A stretch of DNA of 64,000 bases from Dehalococcoidia bacterium (lineage in GTDB: Bacteria; Chloroflexota; Dehalococcoidia; Lucifugimonadales; UBA3495), in the NCBI GenBank assembly GCA_022450395.1, contig JAKUQE010000012.1, positions 2,810 to 66,809 of the forward strand. The letters run 5' to 3'. The translations under genes were made by a program, and so were the position numbers. Positions within the stretch are counted from its first letter, which is position 1. Every line of letters begins with the position of its first letter. Below, one piece after another: positions 55,524-64,000 of this stretch. The notes beneath the pieces were generated by a model. It saw only the letters and a list, made by a program, of their open reading frames with translations, made no database searches and was not told where the DNA came from.

Positions 55524-56225
55524 GTGTACGCGCTGATTCTAGCCGGTGGCAAAGGCGAAAGACTCAGACCTTTGACCGACACACTCCCCAAACCCATGGT
55601 GCCAGTGTGTGGAAAACCCATACTTTGGCATCAAGTTCAGTGGCTCAAAGAAGCCGGGGTGACCGACGTGGTCTTTCTGGCCGGTTACCGCTGGGAAGCG
55701 ATCCAGGATTATTTTGGAGACGGTCAAGCTTTTGGCATCAGAGCCCATTACAGCGTGGAAGACTCGCCGTTGGGCCGGGGAGGGGCCATCCGGAACGGAT
55801 TTCCTCTCGTACCCGAAGAGGAGGATATGGTAGTGGTCCTTAACGGCGACGTGATAACCCAGGAGCCTTTCGGTTCGCTATCGCGGCGCCATGAGGAAAG
55901 GAAATCGGCCAATCCGTCCCACTTGGCCACAATCATGGTGGTGCCCTTCGTCAGCCCCTACGGGCTGGTGGACATGAATCCTGATGACGACGTGATCGGG
56001 TTTCGAGAGAAAGTGCCGATGCCTTACTGGATCAACGCCGGCGTTTACATATTCGAACGGCGCATGGCTTTGGAGATGCCCGAGTTGGGAGACCATGAGA
56101 CGGAGACTTTCCCTAGGCTGGCCCAGGAGGGCAAACTTTCCGCAGTGAAGTCGCAGGTCTTCTGGCACAGCGTGGACTCATTCAAGGATCTGCGGGAAGT
56201 GGAAGAACACCTAGGGAGCCAATAA
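55524..56225 (+). CDS. sugar-phosphate nucleotidyltransferase
   Basis: LILAGGKGERLRPLTDTLPKPMVPVCGKPIL signature. GTG start. Confidence 0.85.
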   Translation: MYALILAGGKGERLRPLTDTLPKPMVPVCGKPILWHQVQWLKEAGVTDVVFLAGYRWEAIQDYFGDGQAFGIRAHYSVEDSPLGRGGAIRNGFPLVPEEEDMVVVLNGDVITQEPFGSLSRRHEERKSANPSHLATIMVVPFVSPYGLVDMNPDDDVIGFREKVPMPYWINAGVYIFERRMALEMPELGDHETETFPRLAQEGKLSAVKSQVFWHSVDSFKDLREVEEHLGSQ

Positions 56226-56279
56226 TCCGGATATCCGTGTGGAGCTCAATCTTCGACGAGGTGGCGAAAGCCGACGTCT

Positions 56280-57248
56280 ATGACTCAGAGAGAAACCGCA
56301 ACTCCTACAGCCGCCGGCGGCATCGCACAAGCGGTCGCCAGCGTTAAAGAAAATATCGAAAAAGTCTTGGTGGGGAAAGGCGGGGTCATAGAACTGACCC
56401 TGGCTGCCGTTCTCAGCGGTGGCCACATTCTGATTGAAGACGTGCCTGGCATCGGCAAGACTACACTGGCCCGCGCATTGGCCAGTTCTCTAGATTGCAC
56501 CTTCCATCGGATCCAGTTCACCCCCGATCTGATGCCGTCGGACATCACCGGCATCAACTTTTACAACCAGAAAAGCGGTGAATTCGAGTTTCGGCCCGGG
56601 CCCATTATCGCCCAAGTGGTGCTGGCGGACGAAATCAACCGTGCCACACCCCGCACCCAGTCGGCGCTTTTGGAGGCCATGGGCGAGCGTCAGTTGACGG
56701 TAGATGACGTTACCATAACCCTGCCCATTCCCTTCCTGGTGATCGCGACTCAAAATCCCATCGAGCTGGAAGGGACATTCCCTTTGCCTGAAGCCCAATT
56801 AGACCGGTTTTTGTTGCGCCTGAGATTGGGCTACCCCACAGAGGACGAAGAAGAGGCAATGTTGACTCGCTTCCAGACTGACGACCCGCTGAAGGACCTC
56901 GCAGCGGTGCTCGGGGCCTCAGACATTGCCTCACTGCAGGACGCCGTCCGGGAAGTCCATTTCGACCCCGTGCTGCGAAATTATTTGGTCCAATTGGTAC
57001 AGGCCACCCGGAGCCATGGGGACGTGGAATTGGGCGCCAGCCCTCGGGCCACGATGGGCCTCTTCCGGTGCAGCCAAGCCTTGGCGGCGATCCGGGGGAG
57101 GGATTACGTGACCCCCGACGATCTGAAAACCCTGGCACCCTTGGCTCTAGCCCACAGAATGATTCTTAAGTCCCAGGCCCGGCTGCGGGAGCGTACGCCG
57201 GAGAGCATCATCGACGAGATTCTGGCCCAGGTACAAGTGCCCGTATAG
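56280..57248 (+). CDS. MoxR-family AAA+ ATPase
   Basis: GHILIEDVPGIGKTTLARALA, VLADEINRATPRTQSALLEAM. Confidence 0.9.
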   Translation: MTQRETATPTAAGGIAQAVASVKENIEKVLVGKGGVIELTLAAVLSGGHILIEDVPGIGKTTLARALASSLDCTFHRIQFTPDLMPSDITGINFYNQKSGEFEFRPGPIIAQVVLADEINRATPRTQSALLEAMGERQLTVDDVTITLPIPFLVIATQNPIELEGTFPLPEAQLDRFLLRLRLGYPTEDEEEAMLTRFQTDDPLKDLAAVLGASDIASLQDAVREVHFDPVLRNYLVQLVQATRSHGDVELGASPRATMGLFRCSQALAAIRGRDYVTPDDLKTLAPLALAHRMILKSQARLRERTPESIIDEILAQVQVPV

Positions 57249-57266
57249 GGGCCTAAACGACCGATC

Positions 57267-58487
57267 ATGCTCAACGAAGTTTGGCTCCTAGTTAGCTTGG
57301 TCATCTTGTTTATCGGCTTGGTGGCCAGCCAAGGACTCCTATTGGTTCTTGGGGCTCTTAGCCTGATTGTCTCTTTAGTGGCCAAGTATTGGGACCGGTT
57401 TGCCTTCCAGAAAGTAACCCACTTTCGAACCCTCTCTAACACCCGGGCCTTTGTTGGTGATTCCGTGGAATACATGATCACCCTTTCCAATGAAAAAGTG
57501 CTTCCTTTGATCTGGTTAGATATTCAGGACGCATTTCCGGAAGGTTTGGAATTGCCCGGCGGCAATCTGCGTGGCAGTGGCGCCGAAGTGACGAGACAAC
57601 ACTGCATCACCACCTCCTTGCTCCCTTATCAAAAGGTGACTTGGAAGTATCAGATCAAATGCACCGCCCGTGGATACCACCGCATCGGACCGGTCCGATT
57701 GCGCAGTGGGGATATCTTTGGATTCAGCTCCGCGGAGATCCACTATCCGAAAGTGGAACACCTGCTGGTGTATCCCAGGATCGTCGACCTGGGCGAGTTG
57801 ATCTTACCGGAGCAGCATCCGCTGGGTGAAAGCAAGTCGTGGAAACCAGTGGCTCAAGACACCACGCGGTTCCTACGGCAGCGAGATTACAATCCCATCG
57901 ACCCAATGAAACATATCGACTGGAAGGCTTCAGCCCGGAGGCAGCGTCTACAGACCAAGGTCTTCGAACCGGTGGTTTCTTTGAACGTCCTGATCGCGCT
58001 GAACGCGGCCACCAGCGAATTCGCGTGGCAGGGTAGCAACCGGCGCTTTTTTGAGCGGGCGGTGACGGCGGCGGCGTCGGTGGCAAACGATGCGGCCCTA
58101 AGCGGCTACAGCTTTGGCCTGGTCAGCAATGCGGTGGCCAGCTACTCAGGTAAATGGCTTAGCGTTCCCATGGGGGCGTCTTCCACCCAGCTCTCCTTGG
58201 TTCTGGAATCCTTGGCGATGGCCGGGCCGTATGTGGTAACTCCTCTGACCGAAGTTTTGCGTGGCGAGCGAGCTTCGCTACCCGCCGGAACGACGGTGGT
58301 GGTGGTCACTTCAATATTGACTCAGGCCATGGCGACGGAAATAGCCTATATCAAGCAGAGCGGCTATCAGGTCCGGGTGCTTTACACCGGCGACCAAGCC
58401 CCGTCGGTAGAATTGCCCGGCGTACCGGTGGTACGTCTGGGGAGAGTTTTAGACCCTCAGGTGGAAGATGAACCAGCTATGGCGTAA
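57267..58487 (+). CDS. DUF58 (vWA-like) protein
   Basis: RQRDYNPIDPMKHIDWKASARRQRLQTKVFE. N-terminal TM pair. Follows moxR. Confidence 0.85.
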   Translation: MLNEVWLLVSLVILFIGLVASQGLLLVLGALSLIVSLVAKYWDRFAFQKVTHFRTLSNTRAFVGDSVEYMITLSNEKVLPLIWLDIQDAFPEGLELPGGNLRGSGAEVTRQHCITTSLLPYQKVTWKYQIKCTARGYHRIGPVRLRSGDIFGFSSAEIHYPKVEHLLVYPRIVDLGELILPEQHPLGESKSWKPVAQDTTRFLRQRDYNPIDPMKHIDWKASARRQRLQTKVFEPVVSLNVLIALNAATSEFAWQGSNRRFFERAVTAAASVANDAALSGYSFGLVSNAVASYSGKWLSVPMGASSTQLSLVLESLAMAGPYVVTPLTEVLRGERASLPAGTTVVVVTSILTQAMATEIAYIKQSGYQVRVLYTGDQAPSVELPGVPVVRLGRVLDPQVEDEPAMA

Positions 58488-59895
58488 CAGCGCCGTCACC
58501 GGCGTCGGACTGTTCCTAGAGTCTTGCGCTTTTTACCTGGTGATCAAATTGATCAGCGCCGCCCTGGGTCAATCGGCGGCGGCGCTGCCGATCTGGTTGG
58601 TCGTACTTGCCATCCTTTGGGCCTACGTGCTTTCTTCGTACATACAAACAATGAAGTTCACGTCCAACCTTCGTGGCCTGGTGGGATTGGGCATCTCGGG
58701 GCTGTCTATATTGGTATTGGCTCATCTACACACCGGCATGGGAGTATTGCCGGTGGGCGCGTTCATCGGTTCCGATTTCGATACCATCGCGCGACAGGTA
58801 TTAGTTTTCGCTTTCTTGGTCCTCTTGTGGTGGCGAGGCACCACCATCGCTCAAGATGAAGTAACGCTGGATACGGTTAGGGCCTCGTTCCAGTGGGGAT
58901 TGATGGTCCTCTTCGCGACCGTACTGATAGATACCGTGGCCGAGGCCGACTTGGTCAACGGCTTCCTGGTGATCGGATACTTTGGTGTTGGCCTGGTGGG
59001 CATGGCCCTGGCGCGGTTTTCCTCCGAGGCCGGTGATTCCCAGATCATGTCTTTCGAATGGTGGATGCCCATCACCGTCAGTGTTGGCGCGGTGCTCATA
59101 CTTGGGCTGGTCATTAGCGGGATCGGCTTGGGGGGTCTCGACGACGTGACCCGGGCGATCTTAAAATTAGTCGGCAACATCGGTTTTTGGGTGATAAAAC
59201 CGTTGCTTCTTGGATTGGGGTACATCGCCGGGATATTGGTGGCTCTGGGCAACTGGCTTTCCAGTATGTTCGGAGGAGGTGACCTCAGCGGACTTGCCAG
59301 AGCACAGGAACAGATCCGCCAATTCCACGAGACCATGCAACAAGAAGCCGGCGATGACGGACCACCTGGGGTGTTGATTTTTCTGATCAAAGCTCTGGGA
59401 TTTACCCTGGGGATCTCAGTGGCGGGCTGGATCATTTACCGGATATTTAGATTTCGCCGCCTGCACCAGGGCACCGCCGCCGTTGAGGAAACCCGTGAGT
59501 CTTTATTCAGCTGGAGCCAGGCTAACCAGGACCTTTCGTCGCTCATCAGCGACTGGTGGAACAAGTGGACGTCGGGAGGACCTGGCAAGAAGGTGATCGC
59601 CCAACCGCGCGACCCTCGCGAGGTTTATCACGCGCTGCTGGACCTGTCGGCTGAGTCCGGGCGGCCAAGGGAAGAGTGGCAAACTCCCAGGGAGCACGAA
59701 GGCACCTTGGATGGATTGTTCCCCTCAGAGCCGGTAGATCGAATCGTCGATGGATTTCAGCACGTTTATTATGGGGAGGCTGAAGCTACAACGCCGGAGA
59801 TCGAAGGACTGCAGGCCGATTGGTCCGCCATAAACGAACACATTGAGGAGCTTAATCGCCAGAAGGAAGGGAAAGGCGGCCACACGGCCGAGTAG
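58468..59895 (+). CDS. multi-pass membrane protein with DUF4129-like C-terminus (third gene of the MoxR operon)
   Basis: About 8 TM segments. C-terminal REVYHALLDLSAESGRPREEWQTPREH..GFQHVYYG. Confidence 0.55.
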   Translation: MNQLWRNSAVTGVGLFLESCAFYLVIKLISAALGQSAAALPIWLVVLAILWAYVLSSYIQTMKFTSNLRGLVGLGISGLSILVLAHLHTGMGVLPVGAFIGSDFDTIARQVLVFAFLVLLWWRGTTIAQDEVTLDTVRASFQWGLMVLFATVLIDTVAEADLVNGFLVIGYFGVGLVGMALARFSSEAGDSQIMSFEWWMPITVSVGAVLILGLVISGIGLGGLDDVTRAILKLVGNIGFWVIKPLLLGLGYIAGILVALGNWLSSMFGGGDLSGLARAQEQIRQFHETMQQEAGDDGPPGVLIFLIKALGFTLGISVAGWIIYRIFRFRRLHQGTAAVEETRESLFSWSQANQDLSSLISDWWNKWTSGGPGKKVIAQPRDPREVYHALLDLSAESGRPREEWQTPREHEGTLDGLFPSEPVDRIVDGFQHVYYGEAEATTPEIEGLQADWSAINEHIEELNRQKEGKGGHTAE

Positions 59896-59896
59896 G

Positions 59897-60799
59897 CTAT
59901 AGAAAGCGGGGAATCACCTCCCGGGCGATGGTCTCCATTAAACGGGTTATCGTGTCCACGTCCCCGGTGTTAAGCGCCAGGACGACGTGCTGGACGCCGG
60001 CAGTCTCATAGGCGGCTAGCGAGGCGGCCATCGCGTCGGGATCATCGCCGGATATGCGCGCCCGGCCTGCGGACCGGCTGCTGGACGGTCCGCCGTGAGC
60101 CTCCACCTCTATTCGCAAAGACATGGTCAGCGATTCCGGCGCTCTGCCGGCCGCGGTTGCCATCTCCTCAATTTCACGGCGCCCTATGCTGAATTCCTCC
60201 GGACTAAGGCCGGTAGGGTGCCAACCGTCTCCCTGAAGCGCGGCCCGCCGCATGGCCCCAGGGCTGGAGCCGCCGATCCACAAAGGGATATGAGGTTTCT
60301 GCACCGGTTTGGGCGAAAATAGTAGATCGGTAAACTTCCAACGTTGGCTCTGGTAGCTGGGGCTGGGGTTAGTCCATAGCTCCTTCATGATGGCGATGCA
60401 TTCGTTGGTCAGAGATGCCCGGTCGCGCATGGAGATGCCCAGGGCGTCGAACTCTTCGGTCATGGCCCCAACACCCACACCCAGGATGACTCTCCCGCCG
60501 GAGATTTGGTCCAAGCTGGCGGCGTATTTCGCTAACTCCACCGGGTTGTGGTAGGGCAATACCAGGACGGATGTGCCCAACATGACCCGTTTTGTGGTGG
60601 CGGCGAGATAGGAAAGGGTGGACATTGGATGGTAGTAGGGTTTGCCCTCCAGCCGCTCCCGGATGTACCCAGTATTGAAGAGGTGGTCCATGACCCAGAC
60701 AGAGTCATAGCCCAATTCCTCGGCCAACGGGCCAAAATCCAGTACCTGCTGGGGGTCCTCGATGCCCCAATTGTTGGGTATGGTGACGCCGAATTTCAT
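59897..60799 (-). CDS. LLM-class F420/flavin-dependent oxidoreductase
   Basis: MKFGVTIPN..AEELGYDSVWVMDHL. SD GGGAGG before ATG 60799. Confidence 0.85.
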   Translation of the reverse strand: MKFGVTIPNNWGIEDPQQVLDFGPLAEELGYDSVWVMDHLFNTGYIRERLEGKPYYHPMSTLSYLAATTKRVMLGTSVLVLPYHNPVELAKYAASLDQISGGRVILGVGVGAMTEEFDALGISMRDRASLTNECIAIMKELWTNPSPSYQSQRWKFTDLLFSPKPVQKPHIPLWIGGSSPGAMRRAALQGDGWHPTGLSPEEFSIGRREIEEMATAAGRAPESLTMSLRIEVEAHGGPSSSRSAGRARISGDDPDAMAASLAAYETAGVQHVVLALNTGDVDTITRLMETIAREVIPRFL

Positions 60800-60900
60800 G
60801 CCGCCTCCCGGCTCAGCTTCAATCAAACAATGAACCGCTATAGACGGTTAGCGCCCAAAAGGCGTAAAAGCTAAGGGCTGAAAGCTGAAGGCCGCCGGTC

Positions 60901-61350
60901 CTATCCGGTGTTTATCGCCTGGACCAGACGGGCTGTTTCAATAGCCGCGGCCGCGGCGTTGCTGCCCAGGTTACCCGACTTACCCCCGGCCCGGTTCAAG
61001 GCCTGTTCCATGTTTTCGGTGGTGAGTACGCCGAAAATCGTCGGCACCCCCGTGTCCACCCCGACCTGCCCGATACCACGGGCCGCATGACCGGCGACCA
61101 TGTCATAGTGGCCGGTTTCGCCTCGAATCACGGCTCCCAAACAGATTATCGAGTCGTACCTGCCAGTATCGGCCAGATTCTTCGCGGCCACCGGCAACTC
61201 GAACGCTCCCGGAACCCAAACGATGCTGATGTCGTTGTCGCTTACGCCGTAACGTGATAACGTCCCGACCGCTCCGTCCAGCAATGGCCGCGTCACCAAT
61301 TCGTTGAAGCGGGCTACAACCACCGCCACCCTTAATCCTTGGCCGTTCAT
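60901..61350 (-). CDS. ribH: 6,7-dimethyl-8-ribityllumazine synthase
   Basis: LRVAVVVARFNELVTRPLLDGA, VPGAFELP. SD GGAGAC before ATG 61350. Confidence 0.9.
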   Translation of the reverse strand: MNGQGLRVAVVVARFNELVTRPLLDGAVGTLSRYGVSDNDISIVWVPGAFELPVAAKNLADTGRYDSIICLGAVIRGETGHYDMVAGHAARGIGQVGVDTGVPTIFGVLTTENMEQALNRAGGKSGNLGSNAAAAAIETARLVQAINTG

Positions 61351-61405
61351 GTCTCCACTTAGCTCTTTGGGCAAGACACTCTCTCCTGGTCTGAATTGGC
61401 TATCG

Positions 61406-62116
61406 CTAGCCGGTGGTTCCATCGGCGGTCACGGGCTCCGGTCGCACCCCCGCCTCTAGCACCTTTTCCAACAGTTGTGGCTCGGATAGGGGTCCGGACA
61501 ACCGGATGTGCTCGTTGATCACGGTTACAGGCACTGAGCGCACCCCATAATTTCGGGCCAGCATCGGAAACTCTTGGATCTCCACCACGTCGGCGGCGAC
61601 CAACGGGTTCTCGATGGCCAGAGCGTGGGCCAAACAGGCCAAGCCCGGACAATCGGCGCTGGCGGGTGTTACGAACACTTGAATGTGGACCTTCTGGGTG
61701 AGCTTCCGAAGCTTTTTCCGGGTGTCCATGCTCAGAGGGCTGACACTTCGGGATATGGTCTTGATATCGGCTACCATGGCGGCCATCCCGTATCCCATGG
61801 GCGCGCCGTAAAACTTAACTCGGGACGACCCGTCCGCGCTGATGACAATGGCCGGAATACGGGTTACGCCTTGGTCCTGGGCAACTTGGGGGTCGTTGTA
61901 AAAATCGACCGTTTCCAGATCGATCTTGGGTGTCAGCGCGGCCAACTCCTCCAACAGTTGTTGGGTTTGTGGGCAGTGGGGACACTCCCGGCCCGGAATC
62001 GTTATCACGGACGGTTTCTGGGTAAACAGGCGAATCTGGACCTGCGCTTTCAGGTCTTTTCTAAAGGTCCGCTTTAACTGGGACCTATCTTGGTCGGAAA
62101 TCATCGGTTTTTGCAT
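61406..62116 (-). CDS. two-domain thioredoxin/glutaredoxin-like protein (PDO-like)
   Basis: First unit has CPHC. Second unit has CPGLAC where CxxC is expected. VRSVPV cis-Pro regions. Confidence 0.65.
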   Translation of the reverse strand: MQKPMISDQDRSQLKRTFRKDLKAQVQIRLFTQKPSVITIPGRECPHCPQTQQLLEELAALTPKIDLETVDFYNDPQVAQDQGVTRIPAIVISADGSSRVKFYGAPMGYGMAAMVADIKTISRSVSPLSMDTRKKLRKLTQKVHIQVFVTPASADCPGLACLAHALAIENPLVAADVVEIQEFPMLARNYGVRSVPVTVINEHIRLSGPLSEPQLLEKVLEAGVRPEPVTADGTTG

Positions 62117-62236
62117 GGTTTAATCGCTCTCCATGCTGGCGTGCTTGAGGCCTAAACCGGGAGTATCCGGTGCGGTTTGTAGCCGGGCTCAACGGCCAGT
62201 CTCGAACGATTACCAGTGTACACGCGAAGCTAGACG

Positions 62237-62848
62237 TTATCCACCCTGATCCAACTCGCGGCGGATGGTGAACATTCTTTGGAAAAGCGTGAAGCAGGAA
62301 ACCGCGGCAATGAGGAGGAGGACCCAAAAGATCTGTCCTATCAGCAAGCCGATGCCCAGAAGGATAACCCGTTCGGTACGGGTCATTAATCCGGCCCTGG
62401 AGAAAACGCCCAATCCCTCTCCCCGGGCCCGTAGATAACTGACACCTTGGGAGAAGATCAGCGCCAGAAATAACACGATAATGAATACTAGGAGGTATGA
62501 TTCGTCGAAGCCTGCCCCAAGGGCGTAGAACGCCAACCCCACGAACAGGGCGGCTTCTCCCAGACGGTCAAAGACGGAGTCAAGAAGGGCGCCGAATGGG
62601 CTGACCTTGCCGGTAAGGCGGGCTAATGCCCCGTCCATCAGGTCTAGACCGCTGCCCAGGAGAAAGACGATGCCTCCAGCCAGCAGCCAGCCAGAACCAA
62701 CGAGATATGCCGCCACGACGGTAAACCCAAAACCGATGAGCGTCACTGCGTTGGGGGTCAGCTTTAAGGCTCTGAGGAATCGGGCGCCGGGCAGCTCAAC
62801 GTATTGAAGTATGGCCTCTCTTATCTGCTCTCTTCCAGGTACGGCCAT
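62237..62848 (-). CDS. CDP-alcohol phosphatidyltransferase
   Basis: DLMDGALARLTGKVSPFGALLDSVFDRLGE matches D-x2-DG-x2-AR...G-x3-D-x3-D. Confidence 0.9.
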   Translation of the reverse strand: MAVPGREQIREAILQYVELPGARFLRALKLTPNAVTLIGFGFTVVAAYLVGSGWLLAGGIVFLLGSGLDLMDGALARLTGKVSPFGALLDSVFDRLGEAALFVGLAFYALGAGFDESYLLVFIIVLFLALIFSQGVSYLRARGEGLGVFSRAGLMTRTERVILLGIGLLIGQIFWVLLLIAAVSCFTLFQRMFTIRRELDQGG

Positions 62849-63962
62849 TGGCTAAACTCATACAGTCATGATAATAGTCTTCCACCTGGGCGGCGACCCG
62901 GTCCCACCGGTATTGCTTAACTGTTTGGCGGCCCTGAGACCCCAGTTTTTCACGCAATTGCGGGTCACGAATCAGCGTACCCAGCGCTTGGGCCAGGGCT
63001 TCTATGTCTTTGCGGGGAAATAACAGGCACTCCTGGCCGTGGGTAACGATACCGGCGTACCCTTCGATGTCGGAAGCGACCACCGGCTTTCCCGCGGCCA
63101 TGGCCTCCAGTAGCACAATGCCAAAGCTCTCCGCGCCGGTGGCCGGCGAACAGAATATGTCGGCGCTGGCGTAGTAACGAGGCAGGTCTTCATAGGGAAC
63201 CGAGCCGGTAAATACCACGTCGTTCAGGCCCCGGCCACCAAGTATGCTGTGGGATTCCTTATCCGGGGAGCCGGGACCAACAACCAATAGCCTAATATCC
63301 GGCAGGTCCCATTTCAGGCGGCTGAAGGCTTCCAGCAGGTACCTCAGCCCTTTGCGCTTCTCCAGACGTCCGACGAACAAGATGTTGATCTTGCCATCTT
63401 GGTATTCAGGCCAAGGCGCCGCCTTAGTGGTGAAGTGGTCTAGGTCTATCCCATTGGGGATGATTTTGTAATCGCCGGGAAACGCGCTGTTTACATAACG
63501 TAGCGCGGCGGGGGAGACGGCGATACCTCCGTCCAATCGTTGGTGCCATCGCTTAATGAGGGGATGGCTGAGGCGGTACAGGTGGTTGTGCTTATAGGAG
63601 GCGTGGAAGGTGCCTATGTTGACCGCGTCGGAAAATTCCAGAACGCAAAGGGGCAATATGGGCGCCATCGGCTCGTGGAGATGGACGATATCGAAGGCCT
63701 CCCGCTGCAAAAGGGCCCGGACCTTGGGGTACAACCACCAAGAAAGGGAAACCCGGGCGGTGGATCCGCCGCTGGGCAGCGGAACCGACCTGCCCAATGC
63801 GACAAACGGTTCGTCGTTCTCATTTTGACGGGATGGCGAGTGGGGTGCCAGGACCTGAACTTCATGGCCGTTCCGGCCCAACTCCCGGGCCAGTTGGGTG
63901 ACATGGGCAGTTACCCCACCGGGCCAGGTGAAATCGTAGGGTGAAACCATGGCGATTTTCAC
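62796..63962 (-). CDS. GT4 glycosyltransferase (PimA-like)
   Basis: MKIAMVSPYDFTWPGGVTAHV.., E-x7-E region FGIVLLEAMAAGKPVV. 53-nt overlap with the downstream gene. Confidence 0.85.
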   Translation of the reverse strand: MKIAMVSPYDFTWPGGVTAHVTQLARELGRNGHEVQVLAPHSPSRQNENDEPFVALGRSVPLPSGGSTARVSLSWWLYPKVRALLQREAFDIVHLHEPMAPILPLCVLEFSDAVNIGTFHASYKHNHLYRLSHPLIKRWHQRLDGGIAVSPAALRYVNSAFPGDYKIIPNGIDLDHFTTKAAPWPEYQDGKINILFVGRLEKRKGLRYLLEAFSRLKWDLPDIRLLVVGPGSPDKESHSILGGRGLNDVVFTGSVPYEDLPRYYASADIFCSPATGAESFGIVLLEAMAAGKPVVASDIEGYAGIVTHGQECLLFPRKDIEALAQALGTLIRDPQLREKLGSQGRQTVKQYRWDRVAAQVEDYYHDCMSLANGRTWKRADKRGHTSIR

Positions 63963-64000
63963 GCAGTCCCTCCAGATAGCGGCCGAGAGACAGCCCGTAC

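Noticed and set aside
61406-62116. A third recoding event in the thioredoxin-like protein (odd second motif CPGLAC)
   Set aside because: The ORF is continuous with no internal stop. The unusual motif is an insertion variant of CxxC, not a TGA site.

Overview
High-GC (about 60%) bacterial chromosomal window with about 60 credible CDS and 2 tRNAs. Three LLM/F420-type oxidoreductases, a split-barrel flavoprotein, an anaerobic-type cbi operon and a GxxExxY relic suggest a Chloroflexota-like lineage, but this is a tentative inference. Core genes: hisS, alaS, ruvX, ribH, hemA, cbiC-X-D-T-L-F-G-H, msrA, sthA, a dnaJ-like/hspR/clpC-type operon divergent from hsp20, and a MoxR-DUF58 operon. There are also three STAND-type NTPases and a PimA-like GT4 next to a CDP-alcohol phosphatidyltransferase. 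Main finding: in two redox genes an in-frame TGA falls exactly on a catalytic cysteine. One is the first catalytic Cys of an OsmC-like protein (TGA 18607-18609). The other is the second Cys of the DxxCxxC motif of a DCC/DUF393-type oxidoreductase (TGA 25162-25164). Each TGA is followed by a hairpin of the same layout (3-bp lower stem, 3-nt 5' bulge, 6-7 bp upper stem, G-containing loop). I read both as candidate selenoprotein genes that the ORF track splits or hides. No sel genes or tRNA-Sec lie in the window. Other findings: a degraded 1.5-kb integrative element at tRNA-Asn with 47-bp direct repeats, an integrase relic and a self-contained 3-ORF cassette. A GxxExxY pseudogene with 12-bp inverted repeats is inserted between cbiG and cbiH. 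A LuxR/LAL regulator carries two frameshifts, next to a small Cys-terminal protein and an O-methyltransferase. A secreted NHL protein is broken by TAA, and a HEPN-like gene broken by TAG sits beside vapBC near tRNA-Gln. The heat-shock intergenic region has mirror-image divergent promoters. Many long ORFs in the track are antisense shadows of real genes and are not reported.
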